Part shown: one piece after another, positions 14,214 through 26,887 of the stretch
How positions within the stretch are numbered: the stretch's first letter is position 1
Layout: each line of letters opens with the position of its first letter
NCBI GenBank assembly: GCA_028023455.1
Contig: JAQFVV010000001.1
Coordinates: 4,278,001-4,342,000 of the forward strand
DNA length: 64,000 bases
From: Epiperipatus broadwayi
Lineage: Eukaryota > Animalia > Onychophora
Reading direction: 5' to 3'
The notes under the pieces: generated by a model
The model's input: the letters and a program-made list of their open reading frames with translations, nothing else
Told to the model about the DNA's origin: nothing
Database searches by the model: none
Translations under genes and position numbers: made by a program

Positions 14214-15136
14214 ACTTTTTTAGGTATTTTTTTAATTGTTCTTTGAGAAAGTCTATAAAAGAATATCTTTTTCTTTTAGTCTTGGCTGATATAATTAGTT
14301 GCATGTTATTAGAAGCTGCCATCATATATATATTTTCTATCTGATATTAAAACTTAACTTTTAACATAGAATAGAAACTGTTTAAATTTTTTATGTCTTG
14401 TGCTTACAAATTATTCACAGAGTTGATTATATATATATAATGTGTTACTATTATTATACTCTACCACCTCATTTCTTTTTAGTCTTATCTGATGTGTAAT
14501 TTGATATTAGGAAGTGCTGTCATATTTTTTCTTTTTATTATTGAGAATTAATTTTTAACTTAGTATTGCAAGTTTATATGTTATATTGTAGTTGGGAATC
14601 AGTAAATATAAGATTTTTTACTATGCTTGTAATATTTATGTTTATTTTTGCAATGCTGTATTGGCTCTTATAAAATGCTGAAAATAGGTTAATAATGATG
14701 ATTTAAATATCATACTAGCATAAAAATTATTGTCTAATGTTAAATAAATTTTATTGTAAAATGCTAGTACATTAAAAACTTTTTTAAAATTTCAGATCTA
14801 CATTATTAATTTATAGATCTACATAAAGATTAGAATGTGGTGTATATACATATCTGCAAGCATTTTACAACCATTTCTAATGATTATGAATTAAAGAAAT
14901 ATAATTGATTTAGAAAAAATAATACTAATTAACTTTTATGCACTTCACAATAATTTACTATATATACTTTTTTTTTTCAGGTCATAGGTCAAATGGTATT
15001 TTAAAATACTTAGTGATAAAAATTAAGTCATTCAAATTGATAAGTTATTTCTATATACATTTTAAAAATTAGCTTTCGTAATTTGTTTTGTTATTTAAAA
15101 AAAAAACGTTTTTATTGATAAAAATGTTTCTAAATA

Positions 15137-15208
15137 ATGGATTTATATAAAGAAGCCCTTTTACGTTCAACTTTAAGTCATTCCAAGAGTAATAATGTTG
15201 ACCAGGAA
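15137..15208 (+). CDS. Candidate first coding exon (MDLYKEALLRSTLSHSKSNNVDQE), product unknown
   Basis: ATG followed by 24 open codons and donor gaa|gtatgt; an upstream acceptor tttttttttcag lies at ~14980. No homology recognised. Confidence 0.25.
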
Positions 15209-15970
15209 GTATGTTTTTTAATCCTTTTTTATTATCAGTTTTATTCATCAGATTCTGAAAATGTAAATTTGTGCTATTTTTATGTCGTAGACTTTTTTAT
15301 GCACTATGAAATTTTTATTTATAGTACAGTTTTTATTACACTAATTAGCAAAATTTTTGATGCTAAATAGCCTATGTCAATTATTTAAAAAGGTGTTAGT
15401 AATCTTTAAATTGCTTTTTATTTAATGGCTTTATATTTTAATAGGATATTTTTTTGTGTGTTAAATGTTTGTCATGCTATTATACTAAAAAAAAGATTGA
15501 ATTTAATGTGAAGATTGAAATTGGAACTAACAATAACAACAAAATTATATAATTAACAAATATTTTAATTTTTTAAGTTTTCAGTTGTAACTTGAACAAC
15601 AAAAATTATATTTTGATAAAACATTTTTTGTCGTTCATTACTTTCAATTTTTCTTCCCGTAATTTTTAGTTTAATGATTTTTTACTAAAATATAATTTTT
15701 TATCTAGATAAAAAATAATCAATATGTAATTTAATCTATTGTTTAAAATTTATTTTTTGTCTAAATCATTCAAGAGTATGTGGCTTCTTATAACTTTTTG
15801 TATGGTTTACTTAATTCATAATTATGGGAGAATAATAAATTGTTATATATATGTTCTTTGTTTTTTTTTTAGTAGATTATATACTAAAATTTATAAAATA
15901 ATGGTCCTCAAATGCTCTTACTATAGTAATCCTGTATAAGTCAGACTCTCTAGAATCATTTTAATATGTA

Positions 15971-16173
15971 ACATACAGGCTATATATATATACCTGCACA
16001 AACAATGTAATATCTAAGGTATTTTTGAGCTCAGACTTTCACACGATCCTCAACTCTCCACACTATCTCATACTACTGATACACTTGACCACATATATGT
16101 CTAAAGGATAAATAATTACCAATATACATATTTTGTGCTAAACCAGCACTCATCAGTTGGTCCAGATTATCAT
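15971..16173 (-). mobile_element. Non-coding HHR-bearing repeat, family A, partial copy
   Basis: Shares catacaggctatatatat..., gaccacatatatgtcta... and the HHR segment with 42120-42746. Segment 16021-16100 is the reverse complement of 42665-42746. Confidence 0.85.
16118..16161 (-). ncRNA. Minimal type I hammerhead ribozyme, family A (G12-to-A lesion)
   Basis: Minus strand reads ACCAA CTGATGA GTGCTG GTT TAGCAC AAAA TATGTA T A TTGGT. Stem I, core and stem II are intact; GAAA is mutated to AAAA. Confidence 0.75.
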
Positions 16174-19100
16174 TTTAATAAATTTACAAAAACAACTTAT
16201 ATTAATATTAATCTACTTATCAGAAATAATTCTAGAAAGTCTGAATTGTAAAGAAGTATTATGGTATGCCTATTTGAATATTATTTCTTCATAAATATTA
16301 TGTATTCTTGACATCATATATTTTATAGTCATTATTTATTTATAAGATTATTAAACTTAATATAATTTTATATTTCATATAATATTCGTCAAATTTTTCT
16401 TTTAGTGGTATGACCAATTTATGTTGAGCAGTAATGTCTCACAAGCCTTTATATTGAAAAAGATTACTAATATCTAATTATGTATTATCAAGTGAAATAT
16501 AGAGTTTTCTAATTATGTAAACTCAGACTTACAGAAACTATCTAGTATATGTAAAGTGGAAAAAATTAGGAAAATGTGATATCCATGTAAAGACTTTTTA
16601 TCTTGTATGTGTTTCTCTATTAAATGAACATCTTTTGTGATATATTATAATGCTTATTTGTTAAAAAATATTTCCATTCACTGCACAATGCTAATTTTAA
16701 AACTACATCTGAAGGACAAATCAGACATTTAAAATTCATTGAAAAAGTCATAAAACAAATCATTTACCATAAATAGAGGATTGCCTTTAGTTGTCATATT
16801 AATGTATAGTAATTGCATCATGAGCATAATCTAATGGAATATAGATTATTAGGAATTTTAAATGATGCCAGTTTGAAAAAGATCTCATTTGTTTTAGAAA
16901 TGAATTATTGGATTCTAATAATCATCGTATAGAAAGTGTACAAAATAAATAAATGAAAATAAGTACTTGTATTATCAATTCAAAACAATTAAGTTTTCTT
17001 TCATTAATAAAACAACAAAAATTATCAATTTTTTTCATATTGAAGAAAATTATCAATTTTTTTCATATTGAAGAAACTAGTTTTGAATGAAGTTTAATCT
17101 AGAAAGACCTAAAAGAAGTAAATTATTTCTTATAAGAAAAAAATTGAAGCAGAATTTTTGCCAAAATTACTGATCTCTGAAATATTGAAGAAAATTTTTT
17201 GGAGACAAGTGCATTAAAAACTATTATTACTGGGTAATAAAGAAGATTCTAATCCATAATGCTACTACAGGAGCTATGCAGATTTTTAAAATATTTCACA
17301 ACCTCAAAAGCTTAAAAGTGACTAATTAAGCACACTCTTTTTAGATATATAATTTGGCTATTCTTAGGCAACCAATGAAAGAATATCTTAACAATAAATG
17401 TTTTTATTTTTATTTTTAATATATAAACAACGAGAAAGCAAAACAAAATTGTTGATTATTTTAATAATTTCCATATTTCCTTTTTTTTAAATTTATTCTT
17501 TATATAAATAAATTGTGTTAACAAATAAATTTTTAGACACAAAACATTTCATTATAGATTTTCTACCATTGCTGAAACCTAATCATGGATAAATTATATC
17601 ATTTTTCCATAAAACTTCTTCCTATTTTAAATTTGCCACTAATTTTTTTAACTGTAATAATACATATATTAAAAATGATTAACTTTATAAATAATATCAA
17701 TATTGGCCTTTTCACTTATCAGGATTGTTAAAATAAATGTTTGAGTAGATTTAGTGAAACCTATTTTTAATGGAGATTCATATTCTTTAAATCTTTGAAT
17801 TGCCTTAATTATAGTGAAGCAGCAATATCCATTATATTATATTCCAAACCCTTCTCCCTCACTTAATCATGTTTTATTAATAAACTTTGATTACAATAGA
17901 ATATATATTATTCATTGAACTACAAGTATATAGTACTTTTCAACATTTATATTTATAGCACAAATGCTTTTTTATGTGTATAGTATATTTATATAAATTA
18001 AGATTATAATTTTAAAAAACTTTGGAATTAAGATTATACTGGAAACAAAAATTAAAAAATAATATAATTATTAGTAATAAATTGAGGGAGCACTTTTTCA
18101 TATATATTTCTGCTTGTGTATTCATTTATTCACATCACTCAAAAAATAATTTTTTAAAATAAAACGAATAGTGAAGTGTTAGATTTTCATCACAAATAAA
18201 CATTTTTTGGATGATATTTTTTTCTTTCAATAACTTTTTCTCTATGAAAATGTAATAGTAATTTCATTATTGGCAGATTATGTTTTTTCTAATTGTATTG
18301 ATGTTTTTAAGTTTGTATTCGCTTCTGAATCTGTATGTGCTCCCTATTTGTTGTTAGCCATTTCAGATTCTCAGTTTTTATTTTCTGCTACTACTAAATC
18401 GATACTTTTTATTTTTTTACTTAAGAAAGATATTTTATGGTTTTTTATAAATTTTGTAAACACTTCATTATATGAAATACAATACTGCAATAAAGTGAAA
18501 AATAAAATATATATACTTTCAACATAACTTGAGAAATGTTATTAATAAACACAATAGTGCAAAATAGTCTAAGATGGAAAAATTGCTGCTTCTCATAAAT
18601 TTATTAAATTTACAAATTTTATTGTTTTTATTTATTTACATTTTTTTTTTTTGGATAGCATATAATTGAAGTAGTGTATATTAATAGAGCACATATCATA
18701 GCTTCATTGTATTTTTTAGCTGATACATGGTGCAAAATGTTCATGTAAATGCAATTCACGGTCTAATCATTTATCTAAACTTATAGCATAAGTTTATAAA
18801 GGATTGAGTTTTTTAAAAAAATATTATCATTAATACTATTTTACTCTTGAGGAATGTTAAGCAACATCTATGTTAGAAAAATGGAGCATGGGGTAGTGTT
18901 GCTACGCACTTTACCTTTAACTCATTTTCTTGTGACTATTTTAGTACTATTTTGCTGGTTTTGTATTCATTTGATGACAAAAATTGAAAATAAAATATTG
19001 ATTTATTAATTTTAAAAAAATCTTAAGATGCCAATATCATACAGAAATACTGATTACAAATAGCAAACAACCAATCACCAATGTTGTTCTATCTGCATGA

Positions 19101-19768
19101 CGGCACTTATGAGGATTTTTGAGAATATTCCTTTTTTGTTGTTTTGATGTCAAAAATGAAAATGTATATTATCCTTAATTTATTTAGATATTTATAATTT
19201 TGTTTCCATAAAATGGGGGTATATTCAGATTTTACTTGAAAATATTTACTTTTAGAAGAAATCAAAAGGAATTTGGTAAAATATGTCCATTATTTATAAT
19301 TGGCCAAAATGGAATGTATTCATAAGTAGATTTGTTTTGTCATTAAATTTTAAATTTGTTAGTTTTAAATAATCTGAAAAATAATTCATTTAAGTTTTAG
19401 AAATCTCTGTAAAACAAATTTTATCAGTGATGTGTTTATCAGCCAATAAGGAAAAAGCCATTATTCTTATTATATATTTCAGTTTAATAATTTTTCCACC
19501 CTATATTTGCAAAGTTCTAATAATATTTTTAAGAATAATTTTTATTTGAAAACATATTTCCAACTAATAACTTGGATTTTTTGAAAATATGATGAATAAA
19601 GGGAAATTTGATCAAATAAAAAAATTGAAAATTTAATCCAACCAGCCATTAATGTTATCAAACCCCCCCTCCCAATAATAGCTGAAATATTATTGTTTCC
19701 ACAGCTATCCACTCCATCTTATACAACCGACAGACATGACTACATTCATGTGAAAAAGATAAATGATA

Positions 19769-19814
19769 TCCAATATATATATATTTCATGCTGAACCAGC
19801 ACTCATCACTTGGT
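19769..19814 (-). ncRNA. Minimal type I hammerhead ribozyme, family A (C3-to-G lesion)
   Basis: Minus strand reads ACCAA GTGATGA GTGCTG GTT CAGCAT GAAA TATATATA T A TTGGA. Flanks at 19730-19830 align with the other family A copies. Confidence 0.7.
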
Positions 19815-21129
19815 TCAGATGATCTCTCACACATAGAGAGTTTGGAAGTCTGAATTTAAATTCCTTCTTATTACATTAAGTTTAGTATAGACAATATACT
19901 TGTGTTGAAATAATGACGATGATTATGATAATAATAAATAAGTTGGGAATTCTAGTTTCTTTTAAATATCTTGTAATAAATTTAACAACTTCAACTGATT
20001 TTCTAAATGGAATTATATTTTTCATTTTTAAAATTACAGTACATATTTTAAGTCAGTAGGAATTATACTTTCAAGGTAACTTGTTTCTAATATCATTTAT
20101 AAAACTATTGCTATTATACATTTAACTGTTAAATTTTCTGTACATTTATTATTGTTTGTTGTTGATCCTGGTTACATTATTTTTTTTAAAAAAAAAGATT
20201 TTATATATATATTTAGTTTTTTTTTTTTTAAATAATCTCTTTGAATGTTTTTTTATTATTATTTTTGTATGAATTTGCAATTTAAAAAAAATTATGGCAA
20301 GTAACATTTGTTTTTGAATCATTTTATTTAATTCATTATCAACTTTTGAAATTTAAATCTTTTTGATATTCAATTCTTTATATATTTTTATTTTAATTTC
20401 TAAAATTTTCCAAAAGTTTTATAAACTTTTCTATAAATAAAAACTTTCTTAATAGCATATAAGAGCACTTATCTTTACTCTATTCCAGAGCTATGTCCTG
20501 CAAGCTTGGGCATCAGATAATAGTATTATAATATTCCTATCACCATGTGATGTTGGTAATACTAGCAACAAATAACTGACTTTTTTAGCCCGATTACCTC
20601 TTTCATCAAATCACTTAAACTTTAATGATTTTCTGTGTCTTGAAGTTTTATAAAATTTACATACTTTTTCAGTTCTGCATAAATGTTTCTTTGTGCATTA
20701 TTGTCCAAATTTTAATTTATAACATTTTTATTAGTTTTCATTTTTTCAGTTTTTGTACATTGCATCTAACATCTCACAAATTTATAATCAATACTCTGAA
20801 AATTATTGAGGATTGTTTCTTAATTATTACTTGATACAGTTAATTTCCTAGTGAATATCATTAAATCTCTATATTTTTTTATAAAGATTTTAAATAAGAA
20901 TTTCTAATAATTGTCTTATTCTTCTTTCTAATAATCATAACATTTTTTTAATATTAACAACATTCACAGACATTTTATTTTCAATTTCCTTTTTTTTTTT
21001 TTTTTTGAATAGAGATTGAATTTTTCTGAAATCTTAATTTCTGTTATAATTAATCTATTTAAATCAATGATAAATGTTAGACATTACTTTTATCATTAAC
21101 AGATTTTTTAATAATAATAAGTTGTCATT

Positions 21130-22580
21130 TAATATTGTTTGGCTTAGCCCCTTAAAGATTTGAATATAGTATTGGATCTTATACAATTATTAGAAAGATT
21201 AGTCATAATTAGAAATAACTTAAGAACTTAGACCAGATGTAAACTGAAAATTTTTTATGACAAGTGCAAGAAATTATTAAACAACAACAATAATGAAAAC
21301 ATTCATATTGGAAAGTCATCTTTTAGATGACCAAGTTTTATTTTGTGATTTCAAACATTGAAGCAAAATCCAAAAGTGGTTGGAAAAATTGATTTCCAGG
21401 GCTAATTACTAGAAAATATATTCACTTAACAAAGATATGCAAGGAAGAAAGTTATCAAGTTTTCATTTAATTATATGTGATTAACAAAGCAGGTATTTGA
21501 AAGATGAAATTGATATTACAGGCCAACCTATCACTCCTCTCTTACTTCTATACAAAATCTTTACAAAGATTATATATATAAAAAAACAACAACAGTGGGC
21601 TCAAACCAACGAAAAGAACAGATTGGATTTTTAAATGATTATAATATAATGGATCATATTCAATTGTTAAGAGAAGGTATAGACAGGATTAATGGATATG
21701 AATTAACCCTCTACAGTGAATTTGTAGTTTATGAAAAGATTTGTAACTTTATAAAGATTTTCTTCTATAATTAAAACTTTTAATTGAAAACATGATATAG
21801 ATCCAGGATATTAGTCATTCTCAAGAATATTTGTCAAACTACAACTTTTATTAGATATAAGAAAATTAGCAATGGTAAGAGTGAATTTCTTACAGCAGTT
21901 TTATGGAAAATGTTTTGCAGATTGCAATTTGAAGAAACTGAATAAAAAATAAATGAAAATTAATTAAATTATTTGGATTTATGAATTTTTCAGAGCTGCA
22001 AGAATATTAAAAGAGCTATCAAATGAAAGTGATAAAGTAAGATTAAAGTTTTATAAACATTAAAAAGAATTAATGGCTTTTCAGAACAAAAAATAATAAT
22101 AGTGATTATAGCAAAAATAATAGATAGAAACCTAATATGTGAAATTAATCATAGAATTAAATATGGTTTTAAATAGAAATAATTTAGTACTAAAAATGGG
22201 ATTATTGTCTGTGATTCTGAAAAGGAAAGATTTTTAAAATGTTATTTTACTAGTTCTTACTTACGGATTTGAGTCTTGGATATTTAATGGAAAAACAATA
22301 TGATGATTACAGATCATATATTGAAATGAAGGTAAATATATGTTAAAAATTACATTATTGTAAATGACACATATGGCAAAAACAAATAGGTGTCACTGAT
22401 ATTATTGAAAGAAGACAAATGGATTGGATTTGTTTCTTGAAGAGAAATGGACAGTTGAAGTTTTAAACTTGATTACAAGTAATTATAAGATTCAAAAAAA
22501 TATATGTAAGATAAGGATCTTTGTGGGAATGATGTGGATACGAGATATTATGGATTGAAGAAATGATAAAATTTAGATCT
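21130..22580 (+). mobile_element. Decayed RTE-clade LINE (family B), RT and 3' region
   Basis: Remnants (RP)I...LYKIFTKII and MDHIQLLREGIDRINGYELTLYSEFVVYEK, similar to RTE RT motifs DHI..L....EY..PL...FVD.EKAFD; many stops and frameshifts. Confidence 0.75.
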
Positions 22581-22789
22581 TGATTCTGCAGTTAAATGAT
22601 AATTGTTGAAAATATCTGACAAATGAAACTAAAAAATAATTTGGTTCAGAACCTTGGATTGTTTGAAATTTTTAGATCATTAACATATAGATAGTAATAA
22701 AATTATAAAGGTCATTAAATAATGATTAGAAGTTTTTCTTTGTAAATATATAGAATTTGGAAATAGATACTTTTTATTGTAATTTGCAG

Positions 22790-24260
22790 ACGATTGAATT
22801 GCTATTTGTTCTTGATCTGAATTTTGACAGATAAATACATCTCATTTGAATAAGTATTTTGATAATCTTTTGAATAATGATACAAGAATTAACAATGATT
22901 TTTTAATGATATATCCATTCTACTTACTATCCTATATGATTTTATGTAATAGTAGAGTATCAAACTATAAAATGTTAGATCCTCGGATTAATTCAAGTTC
23001 TGACACTTTTGATACTCAGACTCCCAAACAATAAACCTACTAATTTAGATTTGGATAAATATCTCCAGCTTAGTGAAGTTAAACAGTTCTTTGTAATATT
23101 AAAAATGGAAAGACTGCAGTTCTAATGAGATATCTGAAAAGGGTGCAAAATATGGTGATCATATATTAGCTTTATATAAATTCATGAATTATGTTGCTTA
23201 TTCATAAGGATGCTTCAATTATTTTGATTTTTAAAAATAAAGCAGATGGACAAGATTGTAGTAATTATTATGAAATATTATTATTATTTGTTTTGGTAAA
23301 GATACTTTCAAGAATTTTATAGTTTCAAATGTAGATGAATGATTATCAGAGATTCATTGTGGTTTCAGAGAAAATAAAGTTTGTGATGTCAGAAAATGCA
23401 AGAAAAATGTCAAGAACAAAATAATTATTTATGCATTGATTGGTCACAGCATTCAATTTAGTTAATCAAACTGATCTGTGAACACTATTTAAAATTAATT
23501 GGTAGTTCACCAAAGTTTAGTCACATTATACAGCTTATACAGGATGAAATGTTTTTGATTTTTATGACAGTGTTTTTTGGAATGTTTGTGAATGGCTTCA
23601 TGAAACAGGGATTGAGACACAGTACAGATTTGATAGTAGAATTAGTGTTTTTTGGAATGTTTGTGAATGGCTTCATGAAACAGGGATTGAGACACAGTAC
23701 AGATTTGATAGAATTTTCAACTTGAATCTATTAAAAGTAAAAACAAGAACTTCATTATCTTAGATTCTAGATTTACTGTATGCTGATGATTATTCTATTT
23801 TTGCCAGTTTAAAAGAAAATTTATGGAACGTACCTTTATGTTTTAAATGCAACATATAAAGTCTTTGGTGAAAAGTTTTAGCAACTTTTAATTTGGATGA
23901 TTATTAATTTAAAAATACAAGCCAATTTAAATAATTTGGTAGCTTTTAAAATAGAAAGATGGACTTAGATGTTAAGATGTAGCATAGACTTTAATGTGCC
24001 GCTTCTGCTTTTAACAAGTTAAAAGTAATTTTATCACAGTGATATAGCTAGTGCATCCAAATTAGTTATATACAGAACAATTATTTAATCTAATGTATTC
24101 TATGAAAGTGAAACTTGTGCTCCTTATCAACTTATAAAGGTGCTTTATAAAATTTTAAAAATATATTGGCAATATGATATTGTGATCTTATTATAAAATT
24201 CATTTCTTTATTAATAAGTTGAACAATACAATATTTCCTAGAAAGTATTTTATAATAATT
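22790..24260 (+). mobile_element. Decayed RTE/BovB-like LINE (family A), RT region, interrupted by a Penelope element
   Basis: DCSNYY..., CGFR and DLLYADDYSI (23779-23790). Alignable by eye to 29190-30900. Confidence 0.85.
23569..23711. repeat. Near-perfect 75-bp tandem duplication inside the RTE relic
   Basis: agtgttttttggaatgtttgtgaatggcttcatgaaacagggattgagacacagtacagatttgatag occurs twice. Confidence 0.95.
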
Positions 24261-24261
24261 T

Positions 24262-24600
24262 ATTTAAATTACCCACTTCTTTGATAGAGAGATACTTGTA
24301 TCTTTTCTATTTATGGAAAAACAGTCGCTTGCTATTGCAAAGGCCTCTTTGATCTTCAACTTTCTGTCTTCTCTTTTCACACATGTAATTTTTGCTTTTA
24401 ATAATTCAAATCTGTGGCTGCTTTTTTTGTTTGTTGTCAGTGAATATTGATGAATATTCTTAAGACTCTGTTGTACAATTATCTGTTGGGCCAATCTAGT
24501 TGAAAGATTGGCCACAATTCACCATAATATGCTAAGTTGCATGCAGGTTGGCTGCATTTAATTTTTTATAGACCACTTGATATGCAGCAAGAATTAGACA
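24262..24600 (-). mobile_element. Penelope-like GIY-YIG 3' fragment, inverted arm
   Basis: ORF ends ...RKLKIKEAFAIASDCFSINRKDTSISLSKKWVI, similar to 3-461. It is a reverse-complement homologue of 25100-25390. Confidence 0.85.
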
Positions 24601-24619
24601 AGTGTCAACACTTTCGTGG

Positions 24620-25390
24620 ACCATGGAGACAGAAGACAATAACAGAGGAATTAAATTTCTGGATTATATACCCAAAGACAATGCAACATGCTAGACTAAA
24701 GAATGATGCTTAAACCTATAAACATAAGGGGAGCAATCCAACCCAGATCAATAACTCCATATAAATACACAGGACTTAAAAAGTTTTGTACGTGGAAATC
24801 ACAGCTTATGCAAATTTGAATATGATGAAAAGAACAATATCAAGAAGTACATAAAGGGCTTTCAAAATATAAATTATAATTATAACAAAATCATTAACAC
24901 TATAAATAGATTTTATAACAAAATAAGAAATCACATCCCTCTCAACAAGATGAGATTAAAAAATGGATTAATCTCCCTTACACCCCAAAAATCACACATA
25001 AATTAAAAAGATTTACAATGACAAATTCAAAAAAATCTTTTGAATCCCTCAATCGTGAAACCAATCAATCAATTAACAATTCCAAAGGCAAACTTTGGAA
25101 TGAATCTGCACATCAAGTGGTCTATAATTATGGTGAATTACGGCCAACTTTTCAACTAGATTGGCCATTTATACAATAGAGCCCTTAAAAATAAAATTAA
25201 TGTTCATCAATATTCACTACCATGAACCAAAAATCAGGCATAGATTTGAATTATCAAAAGCAAAAATTATATGTGTGGAGAGAGAGAGAACAGAGAGTGG
25301 AAGTTCAAAGAGGCCTTTGCAATAGCAAGTGACTGCTTTTTCATCAATAAAAAAGATACAAATATCCATGTATCAAAGAAGTGGGCTATT
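24620..25390 (+). mobile_element. Decayed Penelope-like element (RT thumb plus GIY-YIG)
   Basis: NPTQ.N (KPTHT-like), NYNY (NGYP-like), QVVY, and a terminal KFKEAFAIASDCFF...KDTNIHVSKKWAI. Confidence 0.8.
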
Positions 25391-25539
25391 TAAATAACTT
25401 TTAATATTTTGAATAGCTAATTACTACTTATACAATACCAAGAACTCTTGAGTCATATTACTATAAGCTTTGTATATGATTTACATCAAAAGCATGCTAG
25501 GTGGTAATAAAACTGAATATTTAAAAATCTACCTTTTCT

Positions 25540-25915
25540 GCATAAGTGTTCATTAATAGTCGTTTATTAACATTAGTTCAGAAAAGAAAGAAATAATTTA
25601 TAGTTGAATTGTAAAAGTATTTCATAATAATTTTGAGCATGGTTTTCATGGGAGTGGTATATCTTGTTTGTACTATAAAGATTATCTTATAGATATTTCT
25701 TATAGATATTGCTTTAATTAGGACTGTATTGCTGAGAATAGAATATAATGGAGCTGCAATTAGACATGATGTTGAAACTTTCAAAAACAATAATTTCTAC
25801 AGAAATTTTAAAGACATCATTATAAAATATCAAATAAATAGAATAATGGAGCAGTGTGCTTTCTATATGTGAAAGTTTTGTGCTTCATGAATTGATTTGC
25901 ATAGTCATTGTAAAA
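25540..25915 (+). mobile_element. 3' end of the RTE family A LINE, resuming after the Penelope insertion
   Basis: EHGFHG...YKDYL (GEL..G.R..GR...YKD.LK motif) and a C-terminal C..C...CAS.IDLHSH zinc-knuckle-like end; homologous to 30700-30900 and to 36400-36560 (minus). Confidence 0.65.
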
Positions 25916-26438
25916 TTTATCTCTAGCTTTTTTTTTCTCTTGGAGTTGAATTGGCCATACTTGTCTGTAAATGTCTCCTGTTTGATTTAGAAAATTTACA
26001 TTATTTTTTGATTTGAAAAAATTATTAGTATTTACTCTTTATATTCTTAGACAAGATATGGTGGAGGCAATTTTTTTTTTTCAATTTCTTTTTTTAACTA
26101 TTATTCAAAATTACTTGCAGAATCTTGTATTCATTTTTTGTTTCAGTTTTTATTTTTACATCTTATCTCATGTTTTAAGTTTTTGTAATGATTTTAAAAT
26201 GCTAAAGTAACAAAGATATTAAACAAACGGCTTTTAAAACTAAAAAAAAAAAACATTTTATTTCAGTATTATTGTATCAGTGACTGATGATATACTTCTA
26301 GTACATCAGTTCTCAATGAAGTACTTTGTTTTTCTGATATTATAATATAGAATCGAAATTGAAAATAGCTTTGACAATAAGTTTCTAATCATCATTTATA
26401 ATAGACATAGCTATTTATTTGTTGCATTTAATTTAACC

Positions 26439-26887
26439 CAGTAGTTTCCAATCTTTTTTTTTTTTTTGGTCATGCTCTACCTAAGCATCTCTAAAATCCT
26501 GATGACCTCCCTGTCTATGACATATAATTCTTATTATTCAAAAAACGAACTCTTATTCATATGGAGAAAGCCTAAAAGCCCATTAATGAAAGGACAATTG
26601 AAGTACAATGGAGTTTCAAACCACCTAACTTGCTCCAAGTAATAATGGAAAAATAAAGAGTAAAGATTATCAAAATAAAAAAATCACCGAGAAGATGGCA
26701 CAGAAAAAATGAAATTTAAAAAAACATTCTTAGCTTAATTTATGAATAATAAGATATAAGACCAATTATCAGACTTTCCAATTCGCTGTTGATAACTCAA
26801 AAAAATTCATTATTAATAACTCATTCTCTAATTACCCTCCTTAAAAATCAAATTGGCTTCCTGTGTTCCCCACATTAGTAACCACTG
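26439..26887. mobile_element. hAT (Charlie-type) non-autonomous MITE
   Basis: Termini CAGTAGTTTCCAA... and ...TTAGTAACCACTG, similar to the CAGTGGTT TIR; 8-bp flanks ATTTAACC and ATTTAATT match at 6 of 8. Confidence 0.7.

Noticed and set aside
25720-25790. YNGAA considered as a hAT YDGA motif
   Set aside because: The surrounding sequence is homologous to RTE 3' ends at 30700-30900 and 36400-36560.
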